Shown here one piece after another: positions 25,327 to 37,734 of a stretch of 64,000 nucleotides of DNA (position 1 is its first letter; each line of letters begins with the position of its first letter). The notes under the pieces were generated by a model, which was not told the origin of the DNA, searched no databases, and saw only the letters and a program-made list of their open reading frames with translations. The stretch covers positions 12,456,716 to 12,520,715 of the forward strand of contig CP154954.1 in NCBI GenBank assembly GCA_039621445.1, read 5' to 3'. The position numbers were made by a program, and so were the translations under genes. This stretch comes from Euglena gracilis. Its lineage: Eukaryota.

Positions 25327-25428
25327 GTGCTGGCGGAGCAGCTGGTCTCCCTGGGCCCTGACCCCCTCAGCACCATATACGTCAGCGGCACCATGCGCGG
25401 CGTGCTGTGCCAGACGTTGCCCACCATG
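25327..25428 (+). CDS. Possible isolated exon of unknown protein (VLAEQLVSLGPDPLSTIYVSGTMRGVLCQTLPTM)
   Basis: Flanked by CCGCAG and GT, 34 whole codons, GC-rich third positions. Parent gene not identified. Confidence 0.45.
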
Positions 25429-26412
25429 GTGCCCCATACAACCCTTGCCGCCCATTGAAAGACTTAATGCAATACAGCCAGAATATAGTCATGCCGAAGG
25501 GTTGCCTAACATTCTCCCCCCTCATCACTTTCAATCGAAGCCCTGGGTGGTTATTTTGACTCTTGGTTGAAAACTCAAGGAGAGAGACTTTCATTTGGGT
25601 TTTTTTGCTTCAAAGTGCAAGTGAATACTCAGGGGGAATAATATTTGCAAGTTGGAACAGAAGTGGTTATTCTTATTTCAGAAATCGCGCACCATTTGCG
25701 TTCCGAGCTCTATTCAGGTTTATAGGTTTATATTTCTCTGGCAACAGTGGTGGGTCAAACAGAGATAGTCTTTTGCTGTCCTGCCACAGCTCAGCTGCTG
25801 GGCACGGTGTATGATGGAGAAGACGCAGTTGGGTGCTCCATCCATCCCCAAAAACGTGACCCCCCCACACCTTAGTCCATTCACATGCATATTTCAGCAT
25901 GCTTTGTGTCCAGTCCATACAATCACTTAGTCACTGGCCGATCCCCCCCCCCCCCGGGTTGGTGGGTGGTTTTTTTCGGATGGCCCCCTTTGGGGGGCGG
26001 CAAAAAAACTACAAAAGTGACCTGACGTCCAAGGCGCTGGAAATTTTTGACCTTTTTTCATGATTTTGGTCAAATTTTCTTTGGATTCTAGAGTGGCCGA
26101 CCCCCCCGGGGGGGGTCACTGACTGGTTTCCCGAAGAAAAGTGACTGGCTGGTTTTTTGAAGAGTGGAGTGATCCCCCGAGGGAGGGAGTCGGTAAAGAA
26201 TTGTATGGTCCAGTCCCACCTGGACCTCTCTGTCCAAGAGAGAAAAGCCACAACCGACAGCTGCTGCATGACTGCCTGGTTGTCATTTCTTTGACAGGTC
26301 CTGGGACGTCCCAAAGCAGTGTTTTGTGCCCTCGTACCAGGGCAATCACAGCCACACAATCCTCCGTGTTTATTCCCCAGGAACCAACCAACCTGCTGGC
26401 CCAACCACCTGG

Positions 26413-26572
26413 CCCTAACCCTAACCCTAACCCTAACCCTAACCCTAACCCTAACCCTAACCCTAACCCTAACCCTAACCCTAACCCTAACCCTAACCCT
26501 AACCCTAACCCTAACCCTAACCCTAACCCTAACCCTAACCCTAACCCTAACCCTAACCCTAACCCTAACCCT
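26413..26572. repeat. Interstitial telomeric-type repeat (CCCTAA)~26
   Basis: Perfect CCCTAA array followed by (CCAA)n. Confidence 0.97.
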
Positions 26573-26697
26573 GGCCCTATCCCTACCCAACCAACCAACC
26601 AACCAACCTACCAACCAACCAATCAACCAACCAACCAACCAATCCCGATCCAACTTTGCGATCAAGCGTGCCGCGTTCTTTGAATCTGGATGCCATA

Positions 26698-26748
26698 CCT
26701 AACCCTAACCCTAACCCTAACCCTAACCCTAACCCTAACCCTAACCCT
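26698..26748. repeat. Second interstitial (CCCTAA)~8 tract
   Basis: Perfect CCCTAA array. Confidence 0.95.
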
Positions 26749-27937
26749 GTACAAGCCGGGTATATACCTTGCACTGTAGCTTTGGATATTTTCTCGGGAT
26801 TTGCAATCTTATTGAGCGACCAGGGTGGAACAAAAGAGAGATACGTCTCCACGCGCTTGCGCAAAGCCGCTCTGTCGGCAGTGCTCATTTTTGGGGGCAT
26901 GAGAGCAACTGGGGACAAAATGGAAAGGGGAATTTGTTTTTTGGGGGGTATGTTTTTTGTGCTGTCAGGGGGGGTATGTTTTTTGTGTTGTTGGCAACCT
27001 GTACAATTGCACAAGCAAAGCAAGCCTCCTCTGCCGTTTTTGTTTGCGTATTGAAGCTTGCAACCAAAAATGGGGTTGGGTGATGCCCTGCCGCCAACTG
27101 CACGGAGTGTGCCTGCCTTCCGCTGATCTTCCACTGGAATGCCAGTGCCTGCTGTGCAGAGTTGGGATTCTCATCCCATAGACCAAAGGACAGTTTGGAA
27201 GAGGGCTGTTTGATGTTTGATTAAGCAAACACTTCAAAGAATATTTCAAATGTTGCTGGCTTTCTTCCCTTAAAGTGCCAACTTGCGGTCACGGGTTATT
27301 TTTGTTTAAGGCGAAAAATTTTAAGTTTTTTAAGGCGTTTTTTTTTAAGGTTTTTTTTATGTTTTTTAGCATTGCTAAATTTTTAAGGCGTCTATTTTCC
27401 GATGGAAGTCCAAGGGCCGTCTCGGCGTCGAACGGGGGTCCAAATTTAAAGCGGTTGAAAACCATGATCCGGCGATGACAGAAATCCCCCCCCCCCCCGG
27501 AGCTGTCTTGTTTTTGCCGAGATTTTGCAACTTCATTTTTGCTCAAAATTCAAAAAATTTGTCGGAAGGATTTTTTTAAAAAAGGTTTTTAAGGTTCTTG
27601 TAAGGTTGTTTAAGGCATTTTGGCCCAAATTTTAAGGTGCTTTTAAAGGGTTTTTTTAATGCGCCTTAAAAAATACCACCTGCATGGGATCCCTAGTTTG
27701 GCAATTTGGATTGAAAGATTCAGAAAAAATTGAAAAATTCAGAAATACAACGATAATAGCATATCCTTGTGAAATTTTTTCTGGCTCCAACTGTCCAAAG
27801 GATGACTACATGGTATTATTTTCTTTTTTGAACGTGTGCAAATGAACCAAAATTTGTCGAAGATTGAGAGGAAGGTGGCCAGGCCAAAATCTGGGTAGAT
27901 TATGTGTTTTATTAAGAGAGGTGAGTTTTTTTTCTAT

Positions 27938-28208
27938 TACCCGCCCCCCCCCCCCTTGTCGTACGACCACCCCTCATTTACGACCACCCCCCGGTCACAG
28001 GTTGCAGGTCATGGGGGTGTTATGACCCCCCCCCCATGTCACAGGTTGCAGGTTGCGAAAAATTTAACACCACCTTACCCACGACGGCCCCCGCATTTAT
28101 GACCACCCCCCGGTCACAGGTTGCAGGTTATGGGGGTGTTACGACCCCCCCCCCCTGGTCACAGGTTCACAGGTTGCAGGAACCCGGTCGTACAACAAGG
28201 GGGGGGTA
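27938..28208. mobile_element. TA-flanked MITE with internal CACAGGTTGCAGG repeats
   Basis: Ends TACCC...CCTTGTCGTACGACC / GGTCGTACAACAAGGGGGGGGTA. Confidence 0.7.
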
Positions 28209-28677
28209 CTTTTCTTGAGGTTTAGGTTTTCTTTTGCACTCGATCCGACCCCCCCCCAGTCAGGGGTTCTCTGAAGCAGGAGGACCCTACATGTGGGGAG
28301 CTAGCCAGCACTTTTCCCCAGCTAGCAACTCTGAGCCGGGCTGCCAACCGGACCCGCGCCCCCGGGTCCACTGAAATGAAATATTTGGGCCAGCCCCACA
28401 CACAAAGGTTTTTTTTTTAAGTTTGGTGACCCAGAGCAGAGAGGGACAAAAGGCGCCGGGGGGGGGGGGCGGGTCGAAGAATGCTCATTTTTGGCTTGAA
28501 AACAGGGTTTCTGGGTCCGGGAGGCCAAAAAACATGGTTCTGGGCAATTTTTTTGATTTTTTTGGCTTTTTTTTTGACAGGTTTTGACCCGTTTTGGGAC
28601 CGGATCGAGTCCCCTCCCTGGGGCCCTGCTCCTGATGCGGACACTGCGTGACCAGTCGTCTCTGTTTCTTATTTGTC

Positions 28678-31600
28678 ATGGCCGAGGCGAATTCCAGCCC
28701 CCCCCCCCGCACCCGCCCCAAACGCCGACCCTGCCCGCATGACGACGCCCGCCTCTTGCTGCCTCCCCCGACCACGGCCAGCTCCCCCCTCCAGCGGCTC
28801 TCCGCTGCGCTCGCCTCGCGCGCACAGCTGCGCACCGCGGCGGCCGTGGTGTCCTCTGCACTGCTGGTGTGGCTTGTGTGCTGGGCCTTCTGCCCCACTT
28901 TCGGGTATCAGTTCCATGATAACATGGCAGCAGGGGGGGCAAACTCGGTTTTCTTCTTTTTTTTTGTGTTTTTCCATTTCGGCAAAATTTGCAGTATTTT
29001 TTTGTGTTTTTTTGTCCATCGCATTTTTTTTGCAAGTCCATGTCTCCCCGCCCCCGATAATACCTTTCTCCCATCTGAGCACCACTCCATCCTGCCACCC
29101 CATCGATCTGTCACTGTGCTCCAGTGGGTTGTTCCACATTCATTTCTCGGTTCCCGTCTTCCACCCCCACCCTCACTACCTGCGTGCTACCCAGCTTTTG
29201 AAGGACGTTCATGGACTGGCGGGGAGGGGAGGGGTCATTGGGTCACGACAGCACCCGTTTAACCGATGCACAGAGGGCTGCTTGTCTCCCTTGTGATTCA
29301 TTTCTGTCGGCGCAGACCTCCTCAGACTGGCCGCAGGACGTCAACGTCTCGGCCATTGCCCAAACCCGTCCTGCTCACTGGCAGTGATGAGTATTCTGAA
29401 ATTATGTGGTTTTTCAATCGAATGGTGACAAACACAGAAAAAGCTGAACATGAGCTCATGAGTGCCCACAGAAAGGTTGGCTCTATTTTCGGCGGTCACC
29501 GCCGATTATTTTGTTTTCAAAGTTGACCCCCCACAAGTGGTACTCAAATACAGGCTAGCCCAGCAGAGGTTTTCAAGACCTAGGGACTGAGACCGAAGGC
29601 TCCAATCCTTCAAAGGGGCATTCATTTTCTCAATGGCCTTCATTTTTTGCCTTATTGTTTGGCGCTAATCCCCCCCCCTCCTCGGGGTGTGGGACCGACT
29701 CATTCTGCTCCCGCCCTTGGGGGTGGGCAAAATGTCCTCCCTAATTTCTGATCTGCATTTCATTGGGGATCATTTTGGGTTTGGGTTGAACAGTGGGACG
29801 GGATTGTGGGGGATCCATGGCTGATCAGGATTGCCAGAAACCCAAGGGGTGGTGACCCCTACCTCCACATTTTGGTGGGTAGGGGTTCCGACCGCCCCCT
29901 CCTCATTCCTTTGTTTTGAGGCGCCCCCCTTTTTAGGCTTGGCGGTATAGCCCGGGGCGATTTCCAACAAAAACTTTGAAGCACTTTGAAGGTGTGGGTG
30001 GATGGACCATGCCGTGAGGCCCTCCCCTCTCTGGGGGGTTCACGGAGCACAAAAGCATGCCCCCCTCTGGAGAATGCTTCTGGGTCGGGCCAGAAAAGTA
30101 CCCTGGGTGGAATAGGATCCCCATTTTCAGGCCAAACCATGAACAAGGTGTCCCCAGAACTCTGGTCCCCCCGCCACCACTGAGCCGCAGCAGCTGCTGT
30201 GGGTGGCGACGTTCCTCGCCGACGGCTGGGCAGCGGCCGCCCCGACCCTCGCGCTGGGCCTGGCGGGCGCCGCGGTGGGCCCGGCCTTCCAGCGGCTGGC
30301 CGATGGCTGGGCTGCCGTGCGGGCGGCTCTCCGCACCGGCACGGCGCTGCCAGGTGTGCTGCTGTGTGAAACAGGAAGCTCCCGCCCATTTCTAATTGAC
30401 TGATTCTTTGACCCAAAGCACGACACAAGTCCTATTTGTTTCGGAAAACGGCCTTGAAAACGATCAGCTAGCCAGCTCTAAACCCCACCCCCCACTTATA
30501 AACCCCCCCCACTTATAAACCCCCCCTCGGGCCGACCAACCAAACCGGATCCTATAAACCCCCCCCTGGGAAGAAAAATGGAAACCGCCGGGGACGATTT
30601 TTTCCGGCCCCCAACCACCCAAAAACTGATTTTTTTGGCAGTTTTTTGAGACCGGCCATCATCAAAAATGCCATTTTTGACCAAATTTGCCGAAAATTGC
30701 CAATTTGGGGGGGTTTCGGGGTGATTTTGGGGGGTCGGATTTTCACCAACAATTCCGGATCCTATAACCCCCCCCCCCCACCTATAAACCCCCCCTTCGG
30801 CCGACCAACCAAACCAGATCCTATAAACCCCGGGGGGTTTATAAGTGGGGGGGGTTACATTGTATTTCCAACCAGCCTATGAACATGCATTCGATATTAA
30901 TGGCATCATTTGATTGCAGCCGGTCCATGAAAATCTGGGATCTGGGCTGGCCGGACCCCCCCCCCCCCGTACCCCCAACCAATCACCAATAATAAAAATG
31001 TCCGAAAATGGCCGAAAATGAAATTTTGGGCTCCATAGGTGGAGGTCCCGAAAATGGCCGAAAATGGCCGAGAATGGCCGAAAATGAGAAAAAAATTGTT
31101 GCAATTTTTTTCGAGTTTTTTTTTGCCTAGCAGTTTCGTTTTCCCTGAGGGGCAATTTTCGGTGCGACTGATTCTTGTCTCTGTGCAGCCTGTCTTCTTT
31201 TGTTATTATGCCTGGCCCTGCAACACATGCTGCTCAAAGAACCACCTCCGAAAGGGTTATTTGGGCCAAAGCTGAATGTTTTGATGGCATTTCAGAAAAT
31301 TTTGGTGACAAGGGCGATGCTGGCGTTTTTTTTGTATATTTTGAAGAATTAAACATATTTTTGGGATAATTTCTCCACAAATCTCCAGTATTACTCCTAC
31401 CTTGGCCATTTTGGATCAATTTTTGCTAATTTTGTGGATATTTTGCACTGATTTGGCAAATATTGGGCTAATTTGGGTCAATATGAGCACATTTTATGGC
31501 ATTTTTGGCCATTTTGTGCCGTTTTGGTGATTTTGGGTTATTTTTCACTTCACAATTGTGGGCATTGCTGGCGTTTTTGGGCAAGTTTACGCTATTTTAG

Positions 31601-34600
31601 TCATTTTAGGTCATTTTGTTTGCTTTTTAGGGCCTTTTGCGGTCAACTTTAGGCTTTTTGTGGTCATTTTTTGGGTTTCTGTGGTCATTTTGCTAGGTTG
31701 GGAGCCAGTGGATGCAGTGGTTGCAGATACTGGGCAGTGCAATGGATGCAGATGTTGAACAAGATGCAGACACTGGACAAGATGCAGGTGCTGGACAAGA
31801 TGCAGTGGATGCAGATACTGGACAAGATTAAGATCTTGACAAGATGCAGGTTGCACAAGCTGCACACACCAGACAAGATGCAGTGATTGCTGATGCAATG
31901 GATGTAGATATTGGACACAATGCAGATGCTGGACAAGATGCGATATTGAACAAGATGCGGACATCGGACAATTGGGTGAGCGCATTTGATGTCAATATTC
32001 CAACATTATGGGCCGAGCACATGTTTGCTTGCTTTTGTTCTGCCGCTCAAGCTGAGCGCACTTTCTCCCAATTTCGCCACATCCAGATGGATGATCGTCT
32101 CAACATGACGGATGAAATTTTACATCAAGGCTTCTTTGAAGTCATGCCTGTCTTCTCCTGCCATTATGCCTGACCGTGGAACACATGCTGCTCAAAGAAC
32201 CACCTCCGAATGGGTTATTTGGGCCAAGCCGATGGTTTTGATGACATTTCAGAAAATTGTGTGACAAGGTGCAACCGGGCAAAGTATGTGAAGTGTATTT
32301 TTTTCTCTATTAAAGCTGTGATTCCTGCATTAGGTTTATTGCACACAAGTGGATGGGATCTAGCAGTGCCACCATCAAACAATGTTGCTTGGGTTATCAA
32401 GTTGGAATAGGTGAGGGGAAGTTGTTTGTGAAAAGCATCCACGCCAAGAGGCTTGAAGAGAAAATCACCAGTTTTGGTGTTGCCATTCACTATTGTGGTT
32501 AATATGTCATGTGCCAACCACTCTCATGAAGCGTCCCAAGAACCCCCAGCAAAAAAAAGACCAAAGTGGACAAGAGCCTCTCTGGCAGGAAAAAAGAAGC
32601 CTATTCCCAAAACCTTGCATTTGCATATTGCAACAAAAAACTCTTTGACCTCTTTAATCCCTGAGCACCCATTCCAAACAGACCTCCTTGGATGCGTTAG
32701 CTTGTCACGACTGCTTGCATGTTGACTGAATGATCAAAATGCATTGTTGGTATGAAAGAATTTTAAGGCAGCTTTACCCCCCACCTCTTGGAAAAAATGG
32801 CTGAAAATGGCCGAAAATGGCCGAAAGTTGCGAAAATCTGGGGGTCAAGTATAGGTATTTGCCCCCAACCCCTGGGGGGGGGGTCCAGCCAGCACCTTTT
32901 TCTAGCCGGCCCGCGGGACCCCCCAGCCAGGGCAGAACGGGAATCGGCCGAACAGCCAGGGTGGTGGGTGGGGGGGGGTCGATCACCCCCCCCACCACCT
33001 CTTCCCGCACCAATTTTTGACCCGAAAATTTTTTTACGGCGCCTTCGGCGCTGGGTGTTTTTTTGACCCATTTTGGGACCCATATAGGGTCCCCCCAAAA
33101 ACCACCCCAAACCCCATTTTTTCACACCTTCCAAAAATTCGACATTTTCTCAAAATGTTGATTTTGAGAGGTTTTTGAGCAAAAAAATGCCATTGAAAGT
33201 CCAAAAAATTTCAACGAGAAAAAATGTCAGTAAAATTTGTTTCGTCCACTTTTTTTGACCTTCGTTTTTTCACCCCCCTCCTAAAAGTACCAATTTTTAG
33301 GACGGAAATTTTTGAGATTTTTTGTGAAAAATTGTGGTTTTCCATCAAAAAATCATGTGTTTTGGGTTTATTTTTCAAAAAAAATTCAAAAAATTTTCTG
33401 GCCAAAATCCCCGTTTTCCCGAAATCGGTGAAAATGCTGTGGTGGGTGGGGGGGGGGGTCGACCCCCCCCCACCAGGCCTTCCGGTTCTGCCCTGCCCCC
33501 AGCCCAGGGCCAGAACACCCCTGGTTGGCATCACTCCAGGGCTGACCCCTATGGGATGTCTCACCAGGCCTTTTGTCCCAGCCTTGTCTCGGGAGGGAGG
33601 CTAACTAACGCCTTGTTTTGAGGTTTTTTTTCGAGTTTTTTTCGATTTTGGGAAATACGTGGTTTTGTTGCAATTTTTGTGTGTTTTTGTTTTTTCCGCA
33701 TTTTTTTTCGAGGCCATATTGCATTCCCCCACTCAATCCCTCTCCCACCCCCAGGCGGGGCACTACCAGACCCAGTGAGCCTCTTCACAGCCATTGCCGC
33801 GGCCCTTCCGCCCGCTGTCCAGGGTTCGATGTACCCCCCCCCCCCTATGTCCAACGACCCCCCTATGTCCAATGACCACCCCCCCGGTCAGAGGACACCT
33901 TTTCGGAGGTTTGACCAAATTTTTGGTCCCGGCGCGAAGCGCCGGGACGAAAAATTTTGCCAAAAATTAGCCAAAAATTTGGCCAAAATGCCATTTTTGA
34001 CACTTTTTTGGACCAAAATTTGTCAAAATTGCCCAAAATTTTCGGCGCAAAGCGCCGGAAGGGAAAAATTGGGCATTTTTGGGTGGGTAGGGACCCGGGT
34101 ACCCACCAACTTTCTTTTGACCCCATGTCCAACGACCACCCCCCCGGTCAGAGGACACCTTTTTGGTCACTACCCTATGTCCAACGACCACCCCCCCGGT
34201 CAGAGGACAGAGGTTACCGGTCATTGGACATAGGGGGGGGGTCGCTGAGCTCTTATCTCTTTAGAGTAAGAGCGAAGCTTACCACCAGGGAAAAGTGGGG
34301 GGTCGGACCCCCCCCCCTCCCCCGGCCCCCCCCCCCTCTGGGTAGACCGTGAAAACCGCGGATTATCACCATGACCCCAGCCCGGTTCCCGGAATTTTTT
34401 TTTCCAGTTGCGAGCGACTGGATTCCTAGTTTCCGAATCACCTGGGTTTGACCCCCAACTCCCCGCCAGGCCCGAGTTATTCACGCGCGAAGGGGTCCAA
34501 ACTGGGTAGGATTTACCCGCCCCCCCTGGATAAGCCCCCCCCCCCCTTTGGACTCTGCCATTTCGGCCAAAAAAATGTCAATTTTCAAAATATCTCCAAA

Positions 34601-36210
34601 ATGAAGCCAAATCAAAGGAAATGTCCGGAGACCTAATTTGAAGCCCTTGGAACGCCCCATCCACCGGTATTTTGATTTCCCCGCAACTCCCCGCCCAGCC
34701 CGAGATACGGCCGTTTTCGGCGTAGATGGCCGTTTTGTACACTTTTCCCTCTGTTCGACTTAGCCGTTTTCGGGGGGTTGGGGGTCAAAAAATCGATGTT
34801 TTCAAAATTTCTCGAAAACGATGCAAAATCAAAGGAAATGTCCGGAGACCTAAATTGAAGCCCTTGGAACGCTCTATCTACTGGGATTTTGGTTTCCCCG
34901 CAACTCCCCGCCCAGCCCGAGATACGGGCGTTTTTTTGGCCAATTTGGGCCATTTTTGGCCATTTTGTACACTTTTTCCACTGTTCGACTTAGCCGTTTT
35001 CGGCCAAAAAACTCGAAAAAAATCGAAAAAAATTTTTTTGCCCGAAATGATGTTTTTTGGCCTCCCGGACCCAGAAAAACTGTTTTTGAGCCGAAAACGA
35101 GCGTTTTTCGACCCGCCAGCGCCCCGTTTTGGGCCGCCGACCCATTGACTTTGGGTCAAAATCGGGTCAAAAAAGTCGAAAAAAATCGAAAAATTTTTGT
35201 TTGCCCGAAATGATGTTTTTTGGCCTCCCGGACCCAGAAAAACTGTTTTTGAGCCGAAAACGAGCGTTTTTCGACCCGCCCGCGCCCCGTTTTGGGCCGC
35301 CGACCCGTTGACTTTGGGTCAAAACCGGGTCAAAAAAGTCGAAAAAAATCGAAAAAATTTTTGCTGCCCGAAACGATGTTTTTTGGCCTCCCGGACCCAG
35401 AAAAACTGTTTTTGAGCCGAAAACGAGCGTTTTTCGACCCACCGGCGCCCTGTTTCTGGCACAAAACCCATGCATTTCCGGCAAAAGAGCTCCATGGAGT
35501 GGGCCGGTGTGTATGGAGGGGTTCAATGAAGGGGTGGGTGCGCGCTTATCAAGAGCTCAGCACTATTCAAAACCTGGTAAGGAGGGGTTTCAGGGTAGAA
35601 AGGGGATGTCCGCTTTGGACCGGAGGGTTTGGTGGTGTCTTGACCGCCCTCCCCCCTACCGTCAGGGGGTTGGACTGACGGGACCCCCCCCTAACTAAAG
35701 TGGAGTATGTGCCAGGCGGGGGCTTGGTGGCCGGCGTTGTAAACAAGGTAAGTCCCGCCAGGCTCCGGCCACCTCCACGCACACAGACAAAAGGGCCAGA
35801 GGCGAACAACAGCGCCAGGCCAGAAGAGGGGATAAAAGGCACCAAAAAACAGCCACAGTGCACACAGGGGGGGTCCGGGGAATGGTCTTTGCCCGATTCG
35901 CCTTTGCCTATTTTTTTTGGCTTTTTTGACAAATTTTGCACCAAACGTGCCCAAAATGGCATTTTGGCTGATTTCACCAACAACATCTTTCGGGCCAGCA
36001 CTGCCGGGCTGGGGGTCGGATTGTGCCACTGTTTAGGGTGCCCCCCCCCCCCCCCTCCGGGGGCCCCAGCACCCCCCCCCCCCACCTGGCCCCATATCAG
36101 ACCCTGCCACCGTCCCCAACAGCACCACCGCGCTGGACGTGTTGTTCGTGGCGTTCGCCCACTGCACCGCGCTGGCCGTCTTCAGCCCCCTTCTCTCTAT
36201 GGCGTGTGCC
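28678..36210 (+). CDS. Uncharacterised multi-exon membrane protein (approximate model)
   Basis: ATG 28678 MAEANSSPP...AAAVVSSALLVWLVCWAFCPTFGYQFHDNM; AG/GT-bounded exon 30191-30353 QLLWVATFLADGWAAAAPTLALGLAGAAVG...; ~33776-33815 SLFTAIAAALPPA; ~35700-35747 VEYVPGGGLVAGVVNK followed by GTAAGT; 36123-~36200 TTALDVLFVAFAHCTALAVFSPLLSM. Several hydrophobic segments. Confidence 0.55.
30480..30858. mobile_element. MITE with TATAAACCCCCC subterminal repeats
   Basis: Inverted ends CCCCCACTTATAAACCCCCC / GGGGGGTTTATAAGTGGGGG; internal direct repeat GGCCGACCAACCAAACC.GATCCTATAAAC. Confidence 0.7.
31970..32135 (+). pseudogene. hAT transposase C-terminal dimerisation domain remnant
   Basis: Translation PTLWAEHMFACFCSAAQAERTFSQFRHIQMDDRLNMTDEILHQ resembles the hATC pattern SSAxxERxFS...I...R..L..E.L. 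No full transposase ORF is present. Confidence 0.72.
32928..33495. mobile_element. hAT-like MITE, family C
   Basis: TIR CAGGGCAGAAC / GTTCTGCCCTG; exact TSD CCCCCAGC. Confidence 0.9.
33832..34242. mobile_element. MITE with repeated TATGTCCAACGACCACCCCCCCGGTCAGAGGAC motif
   Basis: Inverted ends CCCCCTATGTCCAA / TTGGACATAGGGGG and several internal direct repeats. Confidence 0.7.
35010..35445. repeat. ~163-bp tandem repeat, about 2.7 copies
   Basis: CCCGAAAYGATGTTTTTTGGCCTCCCGGACCCAG recurs at 35041, 35204 and 35367. Confidence 0.9.
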
Positions 36211-37734
36211 TGCCACTGGTGCCGCCGCTGCAGTATTCCACCGGGAGGGGTGCCGCATTTCCGGTTTTTGTTATCAATTTCAACTCAGAATCTCCATGTC
36301 TCCATGTCTTCAACTCGATGTCAAAGTCTCCTCGAAGCTGACAATTCCAGAAGATATACCCGTGTGAATGTGTAATGTCATGGACCCATAGACATTGCTA
36401 TTGCTGTGTGTCACACAACGTGTACCATTTTCATATACCATGACCCCCCAAACGCCCCCCCCCCCCCCCTAAGTGGCCCTCTGGGGTATGGCCGGACTCC
36501 GGCCGGAACATGGATCAATTTTTTCGTAAGTTAAAATGGTCAGACAACACCTCTGTTTTTTGAAAAATTTCCGAAATTTTTTTTGACCTGATGGAAAAAA
36601 AATGGTGTAGATCACGAATTTCACACAAAAATTCCCCCCAAAAATGGTGGGGGGTGATATCAAAATTTTGTTTTCCGACCCCCCCTTAAGTGACCCCGCC
36701 CCCTGAGTGGCCCCCCGGGGTCCTGGCCAGGACAACGGGGGGATCATGGTAATTCTATAATGCATAAACTTCAGTAATTATTGCAATATGATTATATTTT
36801 AATGTACACGTATGCTGTTGTATACACAATATATATACCTAATGTTTTGATATGCACATTTAAGGGGGTAAAGATTCAATCTGCCTTGTGTAAGAAAAAA
36901 AAAGCGAATCAACCAACCCACCAACGAATCAAATTTTTAACGAACCTTATTTGACCAACTTGCGAACGTTATTTGAAGGTTCTGATCACAAACATATGCA
37001 TCACAAATGAATGTACAAATATGTATTAATACATACTTTTATGTCAGCCGAGAGTTAAACAGTCATTTTCCCCCTTTCTTCAGGAATGCACGCTGCCTCC
37101 GTGTGTTCTTCCCACTTTGCCGGTCTTCGCCCACAGGTGACCACGCCCCCCTCGGTGCCAACACAAGACGCTGGCCCCACCGCCTCCCGGCTGTTCTCAT
37201 GGCTTGCCCACCTGCCGCCCTGTCTGCCTTCCCAATTCACTTCAGAGTTCCCCAGGCATCACATATGTCATTGTTTTCTGAGGGCTGGCAACCCCGATTT
37301 CAATTTCCACAGGGCCAAATTGGGGAAGCTATGGACCACGTGTTGCGTATCCAGTGGGTTCTGTGCTTCTTCCTTTTGGAGAATCGATTAAATGCCATAA
37401 CCTGATGTTGTCGCCAAAGTGTTGAGTTGATGACCCTGCGATGCTGTCACCTCCACGTGCATTTGGAACCCCTTCCGACACCGGCTGGCTTTTTCACGCT
37501 GGAGCAATCCTCTCAAAAGGTCAACGTTTTTCCTTTTAGCCCATTTCGACAAAAAAGTTCAGTATTTTGGAAAAAAACTGGCCCTTGGTGCCCGGCCAAA
37601 ATTTGGTTCGTTTCGGTGAAGCAACTTTTGGGGGTGGGGGACAGGTTTGAGGGGGCTTCGCCTTTCCACCACTGCTCGCGGAGAACTCTTCACCGCGGCA
37701 TGCCGGGGTGCCCGGGCGTCACTTGGGCGCACAG

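Noticed and set aside
26009-27134. ORFs with RVRV/PNPN/LTLT repeats; possible chromosome end
   Set aside because: Translations of CCCTAA arrays. The tracts are short and have ordinary sequence on both sides, so this is not a terminal telomere.
33840-34215. Repeat-spacer-like arrays resembling CRISPR (also 45200-45545 and 56390-56660)
   Set aside because: Irregular spacing, enclosed by TIRs, eukaryotic context and no cas genes; these are MITE subterminal repeats.
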